Origin: Candidatus Nanoarchaeia archaeon
GTDB lineage: Archaea; Nanobdellota; Nanobdellia; Woesearchaeales; JACPBV01
DNA: 64,000 nt
Direction: 5' to 3'
NCBI GenBank assembly: GCA_028279655.1
Contig: JANQNH010000001.1
Span: 17,484-81,483, forward strand
The stretch's first letter is position 1; each line of letters opens with the position of its first letter. The notes under the pieces were generated by a model. It ran no database searches, was not told where the DNA came from, and saw nothing but the letters and a program-made list of their open reading frames with translations. Positions 19,750-28,708 of the stretch are shown here, piece by piece. The position numbers and the translations under genes were made by a program.

Positions 19750-20133
19750 TTAAATTGTTTTTATCCTTATTTTTTCAATATTCTTATAGTGTTTTATGTT
19801 TCTTGTTATCAATGTCAACCCATATGTTAAAGCAAATGCCCCATTTAGGATATCAAAGTCTCCTACTAAGGTCCCTTTTTTCTTAAGTTTTGATTTTATC
19901 ATCCCAAAATTATTTGCTACAGAGAATCTCGATTCTAATATGGATATGTCCTGGAGGAAAAGAACTAGATTCTTTTTATGTTTATCTAGATTTTTTGAGT
20001 TGTAGATCCCATAGAACAATTCTGCAAGGCTTATTATGGAGATGTGGAGGTCTTTTAGTCTTTTTATCTCATTGACAACTTTCTCTTCATTTCTCATGAA
20101 TTCGATGCATATGTCTGTGTCTAGGAGATACAT
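19750..20133 (-). CDS. vapC: PIN-domain ribonuclease toxin VapC
   Basis: MYLLDTDICIEF...LITRNIKHY. Conserved acidic residues of the PIN fold. Confidence 0.75.
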   Translation of the reverse strand: MYLLDTDICIEFMRNEEKVVNEIKRLKDLHISIISLAELFYGIYNSKNLDKHKKNLVLFLQDISILESRFSVANNFGMIKSKLKKKGTLVGDFDILNGAFALTYGLTLITRNIKHYKNIEKIRIKTI

Positions 20134-20134
20134 C

Positions 20135-20419
20135 TTAATCCAGGTTTATGTCCCTCCCCATACCTATTTTTCTGCTATCATATATGTCTTTTATCAGCTT
20201 TTTTCCATCGATGTCTGCCCAGCCACCTGCAGATGATAAGAACTTCTTTCTCCTTTCTAGGTTTTCCAATGCACTTTTTATTGCATATCCTACGGCTGTT
20301 GATAGTTTTACATTGTATAATCCATCTATGACTTCTTCTTTTTCTAACTCTTTTTTTAATTTTTTTGCATCCTTATATGCCTTTTCAGGTATTTTTATAG
20401 TCTTTAACATTTCTACCAC
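20135..20419 (-). CDS. vapB: VapB-type antitoxin, adjacent upstream of vapC
   Basis: Small (94 aa). One-nucleotide gap to vapC start. Confidence 0.45.
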   Translation of the reverse strand: MVEMLKTIKIPEKAYKDAKKLKKELEKEEVIDGLYNVKLSTAVGYAIKSALENLERRKKFLSSAGGWADIDGKKLIKDIYDSRKIGMGRDINLD

Positions 20420-20470
20420 CTTTTTACTACTTTTAATACACTAGAAGTGGAAATTATTATATAAATTTTT

Positions 20471-21244
20471 CTATTTCTTAACTCTACAGCCGCCACTGGG
20501 CAAGGCCCGGATTATATCATCGATATTGCCTCCGACTTTCTTCTGGATGAATTTTGCAATCTTGCTTGCTTTCTCTCTTCCCTGTTCTATCTGGACAAAC
20601 GCTTTACAGTTCTTCTTGATTGCAGCCAAGGGGCCCGCCATTATGCTGTCTTTGTATAATCCTATTGCGCAGCTTATCTTGTTTTCGATGTAATTCAATT
20701 TTCCTTTTGTTATGAATCCTCCCCTTGGCACATATTCTCCAGAAGGGGCCTCTTTTGTCAACTGTTCTGGACTGCAGTAGAATACCGAGGAAGAGGGCAT
20801 GCCTAGTTTCCAGGCTCTTGAGAATGTAACGGTTGCATCTGCGGTTTCGTGGAGTGTTTTAGGAGGAATATCTTTATTGTTTGCCTTTATCACAAAAAAA
20901 GGAGAGCCTATCATGTCTGTATGGAACACAAGGTCTCCTTTATCGGTGTGTTTTTTCACTATAATCTCATTGGTTGTTGCATCTCTCCCTCCTATTACCA
21001 ATAGGCCATCTGAGGAGAAGAACCATCTGAACTTGTCGTACCATTCTTTTTTTGTCTTTGCTGCCTTAACCTCTTGCTTCTCTTCTTTCTGTTTCTCCTT
21101 CTCTAGTTTCTTTAGCTTGGCTTTTGTTATCTCTAATGCTTCTTTAGCTCCTTCTATCTTCTTCTTGATTTTCTTTGCCTTATCATAATATATAGCTGCG
21201 TTTTGCTCTAATGTCTTGTCCAGGTTAAGGGTAATCTTTGCCAT
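20471..21244 (-). CDS. DUF814 / NFACT-R RNA-binding domain protein (homologue of the C-terminal part of Rqc2/FbpA) with N-terminal coiled coil
   Basis: EWYDKFRWFFSSDGLLVIGGRDATTNEIIVKKHTDKGDLVFHTDMIGSPFFVIK matches the DUF814 core. Confidence 0.6.
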   Translation of the reverse strand: MAKITLNLDKTLEQNAAIYYDKAKKIKKKIEGAKEALEITKAKLKKLEKEKQKEEKQEVKAAKTKKEWYDKFRWFFSSDGLLVIGGRDATTNEIIVKKHTDKGDLVFHTDMIGSPFFVIKANNKDIPPKTLHETADATVTFSRAWKLGMPSSSVFYCSPEQLTKEAPSGEYVPRGGFITKGKLNYIENKISCAIGLYKDSIMAGPLAAIKKNCKAFVQIEQGREKASKIAKFIQKKVGGNIDDIIRALPSGGCRVKK

Positions 21245-21295
21245 TTGAGAGATTAAGAAGGCTTATTTTAAATATTTAATGGAAATAAAGCCAAG

Positions 21296-22801
21296 CTAGC
21301 TAAAATCCTCGGCAGTCAGGAAATGCCTTTTGAAAAGCTCATATATGAAGAACAGGTATCCTCCTACATAGAAAAGGATCGTTATCATGGCGAATATTAT
21401 GAAATAGAAGGTAATGAAGTATTCTGAGGATTTAAGCAGGAACATTATTGTGCTGATGTAGTACTGGTAGAGGCTTATGAAGTAGAACCATATGTAGAAT
21501 GCAAAAAAGACCATTCCTATAAGGACAGCGATTATGAATGCGTCTTTCTCTATGGTCTGGCTGTATTCAAGAATCCATGTTACCAATCCTAAGAGCAGAC
21601 ATATGGATGCTACTACTATTATTGCTGTGGTTCTGTTCTGGATTATTGCGTCTATTATTGAGGAGGAGTTAAGGATACTTTTTGTGGATATATCAACACC
21701 TGCTAACCCTGCCTGGCTGATCTTTTTTATGAAGAAAGCAGGGGTGAGTGCAAAACACAATAGGGATGAGAATACAAAGGCCAATGATGTTCTAGGAACG
21801 TGCAAGGGCCTTCCAATAAAGAACCTGTAAAAGACGAATGCCGGCAGAACCAACAGGAATATCATAGCTACTGCATTCAGGAAATATATTACAAATAAGC
21901 TTAAGTCTCCTATGAGATATGTTGCTGCAATATCTGCCCTAAAGAGGTGGAACAATGGAGTATGGCCTTCTCCCAGCTGTCCGAAGTAGAGGATATCCTT
22001 TAATCCTATTATATAAGGGAGGATGAAGTGGCCCACTTCAGACAAAAGGTGGAGAGCAAGAAGACCCATGATGCCCAGGAAGATGGTCTGAGGGTAATGG
22101 AACATCTGCATGAACCTTTCGTAGAAGGTCTCTCCGAAGTGACCTATCTTGTAGATGAAGTTTGTCGGGTTTAACTGGTCATGGTGCCTTATTATCAAGA
22201 ATAGGTATATGAAGATTCCAATTACTGCTAAAGGTGCGTCAAGAGCTATAGCAAGCCATTCAGTGGCCAGGTTGAATATTGTTATGAAGAATGTTACTAA
22301 GACAAGGAGGAAGCTTAATGACCTGATAAAAAGCTGAGTCCAGTTTTGTGCCGGAGGCCCTATCTCATGGAGGACTGCCATGAAGCTTGGCTGCCTTATC
22401 TCAAACCTTAGGGCCATGTATAATGAGATGAATATTAACAATAATCCTCCGAGGTAGAAGGAGTATTTCTCTATGAGTACTGCGTTGGTTATGAGATATG
22501 TGTATAGCTTCTCAAACATGTGTGCTTCTTCTATGGCAACGCTGACATATCCTATGAGGTTTTTTGTGATAAACAGGAAGAAGGTTAATACAATAGCTAT
22601 ATCGAACCTGTGTCTCCTGTAGCCTATTAGGATTGTGCTTAAGCTTGCTTTGACGAATAGGTAGCCAAGGGCTGCCCAGGATATGAGCTTTTTGATGAAA
22701 TCCAGGTCTCCAGGAAGAACTTCCAAGAAGTCTGTTACGTGCAGAATAATTATCAGTGTAAGCAATGTTAATTCAATCTTCTGCTGGAGTTTTGGGTCCA
22801 T
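21296..22801 (-). CDS. Polytopic integral membrane protein (about 12 or more TM), unknown function
   Basis: Continuous hydrophobic helices throughout 501 aa. Confidence 0.5.
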   Translation of the reverse strand: MDPKLQQKIELTLLTLIIILHVTDFLEVLPGDLDFIKKLISWAALGYLFVKASLSTILIGYRRHRFDIAIVLTFFLFITKNLIGYVSVAIEEAHMFEKLYTYLITNAVLIEKYSFYLGGLLLIFISLYMALRFEIRQPSFMAVLHEIGPPAQNWTQLFIRSLSFLLVLVTFFITIFNLATEWLAIALDAPLAVIGIFIYLFLIIRHHDQLNPTNFIYKIGHFGETFYERFMQMFHYPQTIFLGIMGLLALHLLSEVGHFILPYIIGLKDILYFGQLGEGHTPLFHLFRADIAATYLIGDLSLFVIYFLNAVAMIFLLVLPAFVFYRFFIGRPLHVPRTSLAFVFSSLLCFALTPAFFIKKISQAGLAGVDISTKSILNSSSIIDAIIQNRTTAIIVVASICLLLGLVTWILEYSQTIEKDAFIIAVLIGMVFFAFYIWFYFISLYQYYISTIMFLLKSSEYFITFYFIIFAMITILFYVGGYLFFIYELFKRHFLTAEDFS

Positions 22802-22929
22802 AATGTGGTTTTTGGTTTATTTTATATTTAATTGTTTGCATATATTATTAGTTAAGGGGTATTCTCTTGAGATATATTACAAAGATTGAGCGTTATGATG
22901 TGTTAAAAGATTAAATGGAAATAGGTACT

Positions 22930-23193
22930 TTAAGCAATAAGTCTTGTATCTAATGTGTGTTTTCTAGGCTCATCTAAAATAACCTTTTTAGATAAGTCAA
23001 TGAAATCTACTCCAGTATGTATTCCTGATCTGTAATGGACTGATGCAAATTTAGGTTTAGAATCCTTAAATGCTATCTCGACCATAGTTACATCCCTTCC
23101 TGCAAATTGAGTTTCATAACTTACTTGCATCAGGGTCCAAGAATTCATAAACCTATAAGCCTCGCTTGGATCTTTATATTGTCGAATGTACAT
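22930..23193 (-). CDS. Hypothetical small protein
   Basis: ORF only. Confidence 0.3.
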   Translation of the reverse strand: MYIRQYKDPSEAYRFMNSWTLMQVSYETQFAGRDVTMVEIAFKDSKPKFASVHYRSGIHTGVDFIDLSKKVILDEPRKHTLDTRLIA

Positions 23194-23239
23194 GCTTGGG
23201 GGGGTTTATCTAGGAATTATAAATTTTTTGATTTCAGAA

Positions 23240-23980
23240 TCAGTGGGTCGCACTTTTCCATAATAATTCAAACCACTTTCTGTAAGAATCAGCGATATCT
23301 TTATTAATGATCATAAAACAAGTAGGAATGTTACTTTTCCACAAAACATTTACAACTCTATCTGCATAAATGTTAATGACAGCAGGACTTGAGTATTCTT
23401 TAGGTAGGAATTTAGTTTCCATTAGTGGAAGCTTTGTAATCTTTTTTCCCCTAGTTTCAGCATCATAAAGAATCTTCCATTTTATTCTTGCTTTAACTCT
23501 AAGCTTGTCAAAACCTGGAAAGAAATATTTTAGATTCTTATCTTCTTTTCCTACTGCTCCAATTAGATATAGGTCTTGTTTTTGTTTTAAGACATCTTTT
23601 CTTATAGTCTTAAATCCTTCTTTTCCCGGGAAGACATGAGCTTCTGCATGAGGCAATGATGAGGGAGTTTGTTTTTTAAGCTCAGGGATTATTCTTTTAA
23701 TATTTGATTCTTTTTCATTAAGCTTTTCTTTTTGTCCTTCAATATAATCTAATAATCTGTCAGGATCAGTTGCCTCAAAAAACTTTATGTTATTTTTTAT
23801 AACATAAGAAACAAGACCTTTTTCAGTTAATCTGTTTATTGCTTCATAGATTCTGCTTCTATGGAGATTTAGTTTTTTCATTAATTCTCCAACTTTGATC
23901 GATCCTGATTTAAGTAAATTTAAGTATACATTGATCTCTGATTTGGTTAATCCAATTTCTTGGAGCAGTCTTTCGTCCAT
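23240..23980 (-). CDS. trmB: TrmB-family transcriptional regulator
   Basis: N-terminal wHTH LTKSEINVYLNLLKSGSIKVGELMKKLNLHRSRIYEAINRLTEKGLV. Confidence 0.7.
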   Translation of the reverse strand: MDERLLQEIGLTKSEINVYLNLLKSGSIKVGELMKKLNLHRSRIYEAINRLTEKGLVSYVIKNNIKFFEATDPDRLLDYIEGQKEKLNEKESNIKRIIPELKKQTPSSLPHAEAHVFPGKEGFKTIRKDVLKQKQDLYLIGAVGKEDKNLKYFFPGFDKLRVKARIKWKILYDAETRGKKITKLPLMETKFLPKEYSSPAVINIYADRVVNVLWKSNIPTCFMIINKDIADSYRKWFELLWKSATH

Positions 23981-24073
23981 ACTAAGAAGATACCTTATTC
24001 ATATATAAATTTTATGTTGTAGTCTTTTAAAAGGAGGACAAATATTATTATAATAGCCTGTATTTTCTGTGAA

Positions 24074-25186
24074 GTGATTATTATGGCTGAGAAACCTGAT
24101 AACCTTGCATTTAGATGTATGGAAAATCCTTTTGTAATAGGTAGAGACAACGCAATATTCTCACCTCATGATGGATTGGGTTTTATTGTGAACAATGGAG
24201 GTTTTGTGGGTAGGGATAGGTTTATTAGCAGAAGCTCTGCTATTGAAGAGCTTAAAGAAGGCACTGGTCCAGTAATAATTAATATGGGGGATTCCTCAAC
24301 ATCTGGCTGGCATAGCGATATGCTATCCAGAGATAGAGATAACAAGCCAACCGATCCATATTTTCATTACAAAACTTATTCTGATTTAATGCGAGAAGTA
24401 TTTGGGAGAGTAATAAATGCAGGAGTTTCAAAATACACTACTTTACAAGGGAAGAAATATCTAGCGCTTATTTTAAGAGATTTTGCAAAGCATAATATCT
24501 ATCCAGATTATGTTACTTTATACTTTGGAAACAACGACTCAGTATTTAGTCGTATTGAGGATAAAACCGCAATTGATGGCATGTTACCGACCAGAAACAA
24601 TACCTACAAAAGGGTATTACTTGCTGATTATAAGCGTAATCTGGAAGAGATGATTAGACTTATCAGATGCTATGGTGCGATACCAATAATCATTATTCCG
24701 CCTAGAAGATATGACTGGCCACCAGCTCTACGCTCACTAAAATATAAGGAAGAACGTAAAGTAGGTATAGAAGAACTTGAACCAGTTGAATTAAGGACAG
24801 AATTAGAAAAAGCAAGCCAATTATTTTGGGAAGATAGATTAGAAGAAGCTTATGAAAAAGACGTTTTCTTACCTAGGATCAAGAAGATATATGTTGAAAT
24901 GCTAATAAAAACTGCTAAAAGACAGAATGTGGACATTATTGATGTCCAAAAAGATGTGCCTTTCCATAAAAGTGGGGAATTTTTTTGTGATTATTGCCAT
25001 CCATTAGAACCTACAAATGAATTAATTTTAAGGGAATTTCTGAGAATAAAAGAAGCATACAAAATCCCATTAAGGTATAGAATACTTGAAGGTACAATAA
25101 ATTTTTTGGGACATTTCATCAGACCAGGAAGAAGCGGTAGAAGTGACAAACATCAACCCCCCACCGATATTTACCCCTTACATTAA
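24074..25186 (+). CDS. SGNH/GDSL-family hydrolase
   Basis: Block I INMGDSSTSG, block III LYFGNNDS, block V DYCHP. Confidence 0.6.
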   Translation: MIIMAEKPDNLAFRCMENPFVIGRDNAIFSPHDGLGFIVNNGGFVGRDRFISRSSAIEELKEGTGPVIINMGDSSTSGWHSDMLSRDRDNKPTDPYFHYKTYSDLMREVFGRVINAGVSKYTTLQGKKYLALILRDFAKHNIYPDYVTLYFGNNDSVFSRIEDKTAIDGMLPTRNNTYKRVLLADYKRNLEEMIRLIRCYGAIPIIIIPPRRYDWPPALRSLKYKEERKVGIEELEPVELRTELEKASQLFWEDRLEEAYEKDVFLPRIKKIYVEMLIKTAKRQNVDIIDVQKDVPFHKSGEFFCDYCHPLEPTNELILREFLRIKEAYKIPLRYRILEGTINFLGHFIRPGRSGRSDKHQPPTDIYPLH

Positions 25187-25239
25187 ATGGCTTAGCATAA
25201 ATCCCCCTCACTTTTGATTGTGGAGCATCAATTAGAATA

Positions 25240-25539
25240 ATGGGTTGGCAAAAAATAGAAACATTTATATATCAGATGGTATCTATTGGTATCATGAATA
25301 CGCAAATTAATCTAAGAATGCCACAAAAATTGCTTAGTTCAGTTAAATCTTACAGTGATGAGCATGGATATGGTTCAGTACAAGATTTTATTAAGGAAAC
25401 AGTTAGGGAGAAACTATTTGATGAGCCTGAGATAAGTAAAGAAGAATTGGCACTTGTAAAAAAACTTGCAGAAGTTACTGAAAAGAAGAAACTATATGGA
25501 ACTGAGAAACAATTATTTGAGAAACTTAGGAGAAGATAG
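25240..25539 (+). CDS. Ribbon-helix-helix (CopG-like) antitoxin. True start may be the internal Met at 25294.
   Basis: MNTQINLRMPQKLLSSVKSY...FIKETVREKL, with an RHH beta-strand followed by helices. Confidence 0.55.
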   Translation: MGWQKIETFIYQMVSIGIMNTQINLRMPQKLLSSVKSYSDEHGYGSVQDFIKETVREKLFDEPEISKEELALVKKLAEVTEKKKLYGTEKQLFEKLRRR

Positions 25540-25541
25540 TA

Positions 25542-25838
25542 ATGGAATATGAAATTATTCCATCTCAGTTTTTTCTGGAGCAGATTGATGAACTCAGTGA
25601 TGAAGCTGCAAAGTTAATTGAAGATAAGTTACGTTTAGCAAAAATAAATCCCTTTAGATTTAAACGTATTGAAGGATACAACCTATTCCTTTTTAGAATT
25701 AGATTTGAAGATGAAAGAAAGGAAAAACGTGTAGTATATCTTGTTGATAAACCAAAGGTGAAAGTTCTCTGTATTCTGGATAGAAGTAGCGAATATAAAA
25801 AACTTAGAAAGTTCTTAAAAAGACATGGATATCTATGA
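25542..25838 (+). CDS. RelE/ParE-family toxin
   Basis: YEIIPSQFFLEQIDELSDEAAKLIEDKLRLAKINPFRFKRIEGYNLFLFRIRFEDERKEKRVVYLVD...KVLCILDR. 2-nt gap after the RHH gene. Confidence 0.7.
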   Translation: MEYEIIPSQFFLEQIDELSDEAAKLIEDKLRLAKINPFRFKRIEGYNLFLFRIRFEDERKEKRVVYLVDKPKVKVLCILDRSSEYKKLRKFLKRHGYL

Positions 25839-25969
25839 TTTTTTTTCAATCCCATATAGCGCTAATTCCTGATTGAATATCACCTCAATATGCTAACTTT
25901 TTTTATCATCTGAAATACAATTCCTGATTTAGAGAAAACTTTAAATACTACTGTTATCAGGTTACAGGT

Positions 25970-26248
25970 ATGGTAAACTTAACCAGGAAGCCAAACATCT
26001 TTGAGTCAATACTTTTGATAATAGGTGTGGTGTTGATAGTTCTGGGATATGTTGTTATATACAGGATGTATGCTGTTGAGGGGTTTCTTTCCTGGGCTTT
26101 GTTGCAGACCTTGTTCCTGTGGATACTGATGATCCTGCTGGTTATATTGGCTGCTGTCAATGAGAACATGAAAGAGGAACTGAAGATAATGATAAGCAAC
26201 CAGGCTGAAGAGCTAAAGTTACTAAGGAAGGATCTTAAGAGGAAGTAA
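25970..26248 (+). CDS. Small membrane protein with C-terminal coiled coil
   Basis: Two TM helices. Confidence 0.35.
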   Translation: MVNLTRKPNIFESILLIIGVVLIVLGYVVIYRMYAVEGFLSWALLQTLFLWILMILLVILAAVNENMKEELKIMISNQAEELKLLRKDLKRK

Positions 26249-26451
26249 GTTTGTTCTTAACTATTCTAATCAATCCGTACATATTGCTTAAGGAACAGTA
26301 TACTCTAGACTAGAAATGTTTATATAAATATGTAAGTTATTCCATATTAAAGGCATAGAATATTGTTGTAAAAAAATAAATACAATATCCGACCATTAAT
26401 TAGTGATAAAATAACTTTAAATATATAATTCCTCAGCCGGAGTGTATTGAG

Positions 26452-26682
26452 TTGGCGAATATGGACAGTTCAAAAATTGCAAAGGAAGACCTAAATGAGG
26501 TAGCTTTTTCTAAATTAGACTTAAAAAAACATGCTGGGGAGTGTATTGCTATGGTAAATGGTAAGGTAGTCATTACAGAGAAAGATGCTACAAAAGCTAT
26601 GAAGAAGGTTGTTGCACTGAGTGAAAAAAACCAAGTAGCATTGATATGTATACCAAGTTCAAAGACTACTATGTGTATCTAA
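26452..26682 (+). CDS. DUF5678-like small protein (partner of the downstream aspartic protease)
   Basis: HAGECIAMVNGKVVITEKDATKAMKKV. Confidence 0.35.
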   Translation: MANMDSSKIAKEDLNEVAFSKLDLKKHAGECIAMVNGKVVITEKDATKAMKKVVALSEKNQVALICIPSSKTTMCI

Positions 26683-26684
26683 AA

Positions 26685-27134
26685 ATGTTAGATTATTCTA
26701 AGAAAGAACCAATTGTCTTCCCTTACAAGCTTTGTGAGATTACTACAAAAAATGGAAAGGAAAAAGTTCTTAGACCAATCGCCTTAATAAAGATTGGTAA
26801 GAAAAAAATTCAAATGGCTGGCCTTATAGATTCTGGATCAGATAAAACTGTCTCCTATGCTTATCCTTTTGGAAAATTGCTTGGTGTTTTGGATGATATT
26901 GAAGGTGAACCTGAGTCAATTGGTGGTTTATTCAGTAAGGGATCAGCTTGGCCTTGCCATACGGATTTGTGGATAGGGCAGTATAGATTGAATGTTCCAG
27001 TTTACTGGCTTACTACACCCTATGATCCTAAGGAATGCAACTATAATCTAATACTCGGTAGGAAGATAATATTCAATAATTTTGATGTAGTGTTTTGTGA
27101 GAGTGAAGGAAAGGTCTACTTCTATAAAAAATAG
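26685..27134 (+). CDS. Retropepsin-like (clan AA) aspartic peptidase
   Basis: Catalytic AGLIDSGSD (hydrophobic-D-S-G-S) and C-terminal LILGRKII (ILGR). Start taken at the Met directly after the upstream stop. Confidence 0.55.
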   Translation: MLDYSKKEPIVFPYKLCEITTKNGKEKVLRPIALIKIGKKKIQMAGLIDSGSDKTVSYAYPFGKLLGVLDDIEGEPESIGGLFSKGSAWPCHTDLWIGQYRLNVPVYWLTTPYDPKECNYNLILGRKIIFNNFDVVFCESEGKVYFYKK

Positions 27135-27144
27135 AATCTGTATG

Positions 27145-27179
27145 CTTAATATGTTTATTGAATCTACATATTAAGTTTT
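27145..27179 (+). terminator. Hairpin plus T-tract after the protease gene
   Basis: cttaatatg...catattaag 9-bp stem followed by ttttc. Confidence 0.3.
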
Positions 27180-27231
27180 CTTGTGCTGTTAAGTTAGCGT
27201 CACCTAGTCATCCTACTCTGAGCTTTAAGGT

Positions 27232-28224
27232 TTGTTGAATACAATCTTAAACGAGGTGAAAGAAATGGAAAGATATTTATATATAAAAACAATCTATGAG
27301 GATTATATGGAAAAAACTCGTTTCTATTTCCACGATTTACAGATAAAAGATATTAATAATGATAAAATAATTGAATTATTTGGGGAAATAGCCAAAGAAA
27401 CTGGTGAAGAAGATAAGCCAAGAACTTATATTGAGATAGATTCATCAAAATTACATATTCAAATTGTTAAAAAAGAACATGTGGATAAAGAGATATTTTT
27501 TTATGGAAAACTTATTCAATCTCACAAAACAGCAGATTTTAAGGAGGAAAAACAGGGAGAATTAATAGAGATTGACCTTGATGAAGATTCGGGAATATGC
27601 CAACCTCAACGAGGGATTATTTATTTTGTATTGTACCTAAATGAAGAAAAAAATGAAAGAATACTAATTTTAGAAGATGTCCCATTTGCATTAAATATTG
27701 GGGGTTTTATAAAATATCTGGTAAATAAATTGGGTATTGGTCAAGAGGACATAACAACAAAACAAAAATTGGGCAGGGATATAATTTCAATCATCAATGC
27801 AACTGGAGAAAGCCAGATGATTTTGGCTAAATTAAGATTTAAGAAAAACATTAGTATTGATGATGTAAAGAGAATCGGTATAGTTGAAGAAGCAATGGAG
27901 AAATTAAAAGAAAAGGATTTGGATTGTGAACTAATAATTAGATGGTCAAAAAAGAAAACAGAGAAATTAAAAGATTTTGTAAATAAATTCTTTAAAATAG
28001 GTAACATATCGGAACTTTCAACAGTAGACTATGGTAGTTTCTTAAGAACATTACAGTTTAAGATTGATAATGTGGCTCATGATAAGATAAATATGAAGGA
28101 TGATATAATAAAATATGCTCCACCAGAAAACAAAGAATATTATTTTGAACACGAAGATGAACTATATAATTCAGTTAAAGCTGATTTTGTACAAAAATAT
28201 GCTGATGGAAAATTAAATGGATAA
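27232..28224 (+). CDS. Hypothetical cytosolic protein (330 aa). First gene of a two-gene cassette.
   Basis: ORF with K/E-rich composition, no recognisable motif. Confidence 0.5.
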   Translation: MLNTILNEVKEMERYLYIKTIYEDYMEKTRFYFHDLQIKDINNDKIIELFGEIAKETGEEDKPRTYIEIDSSKLHIQIVKKEHVDKEIFFYGKLIQSHKTADFKEEKQGELIEIDLDEDSGICQPQRGIIYFVLYLNEEKNERILILEDVPFALNIGGFIKYLVNKLGIGQEDITTKQKLGRDIISIINATGESQMILAKLRFKKNISIDDVKRIGIVEEAMEKLKEKDLDCELIIRWSKKKTEKLKDFVNKFFKIGNISELSTVDYGSFLRTLQFKIDNVAHDKINMKDDIIKYAPPENKEYYFEHEDELYNSVKADFVQKYADGKLNG

Positions 28225-28708
28225 TCAAATGAACATTAAAAAAAATTCTTTATTGTGGGATACTATTGCGGTTTTTGTCATATTTTTGCCCATTACTTTT
28301 GTCTTACTTTTCAATTTTCCTAAATTTGTTATGAATCTAGATAATTTCACAGAAATTTTAGTTGGTTTATTTGGGACTTTATTGGGATTTATACTAACAG
28401 CAGTCACTATCCTTTTTATGTTTGATATAGACAAAAGCGAGATACTAAAGAAAATAAAAGATGCAGGATTATATAGCCAAATATTTGAAAGGTTTATTAG
28501 CACAATTGTAATTACTTTTATTTCATTGATTGCGGTATTATTTTATTATTTCTTATCAAAACTAACAGGGAATATTAGGATTGTAGATATTTTAATTTTT
28601 TATCTTTGCACATTAGTTCTAGTTAGAGTGTATCGGGTATTGAGAATTTTGTATTTAATCTATGGTATTATTAAACCTAATCCAACTCCACCAACCCAAC
28701 ATGGCTAA
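28217..28708 (+). CDS. Small four-TM membrane protein. 8-nt overlap with the upstream gene.
   Basis: VIFLPITFVLLF, LVGLFGTLLGFILTAVTILFMF and two more helices. Confidence 0.5.
   Translation: MDNQMNIKKNSLLWDTIAVFVIFLPITFVLLFNFPKFVMNLDNFTEILVGLFGTLLGFILTAVTILFMFDIDKSEILKKIKDAGLYSQIFERFISTIVITFISLIAVLFYYFLSKLTGNIRIVDILIFYLCTLVLVRVYRVLRILYLIYGIIKPNPTPPTQHG

Noticed and set aside
25867-25930. Direct repeat AATTCCTGATT (x2) downstream of the RelE-like gene
   Set aside because: Only 11 nt and two copies. Could be chance in AT-rich DNA. Noted but not called as a feature.
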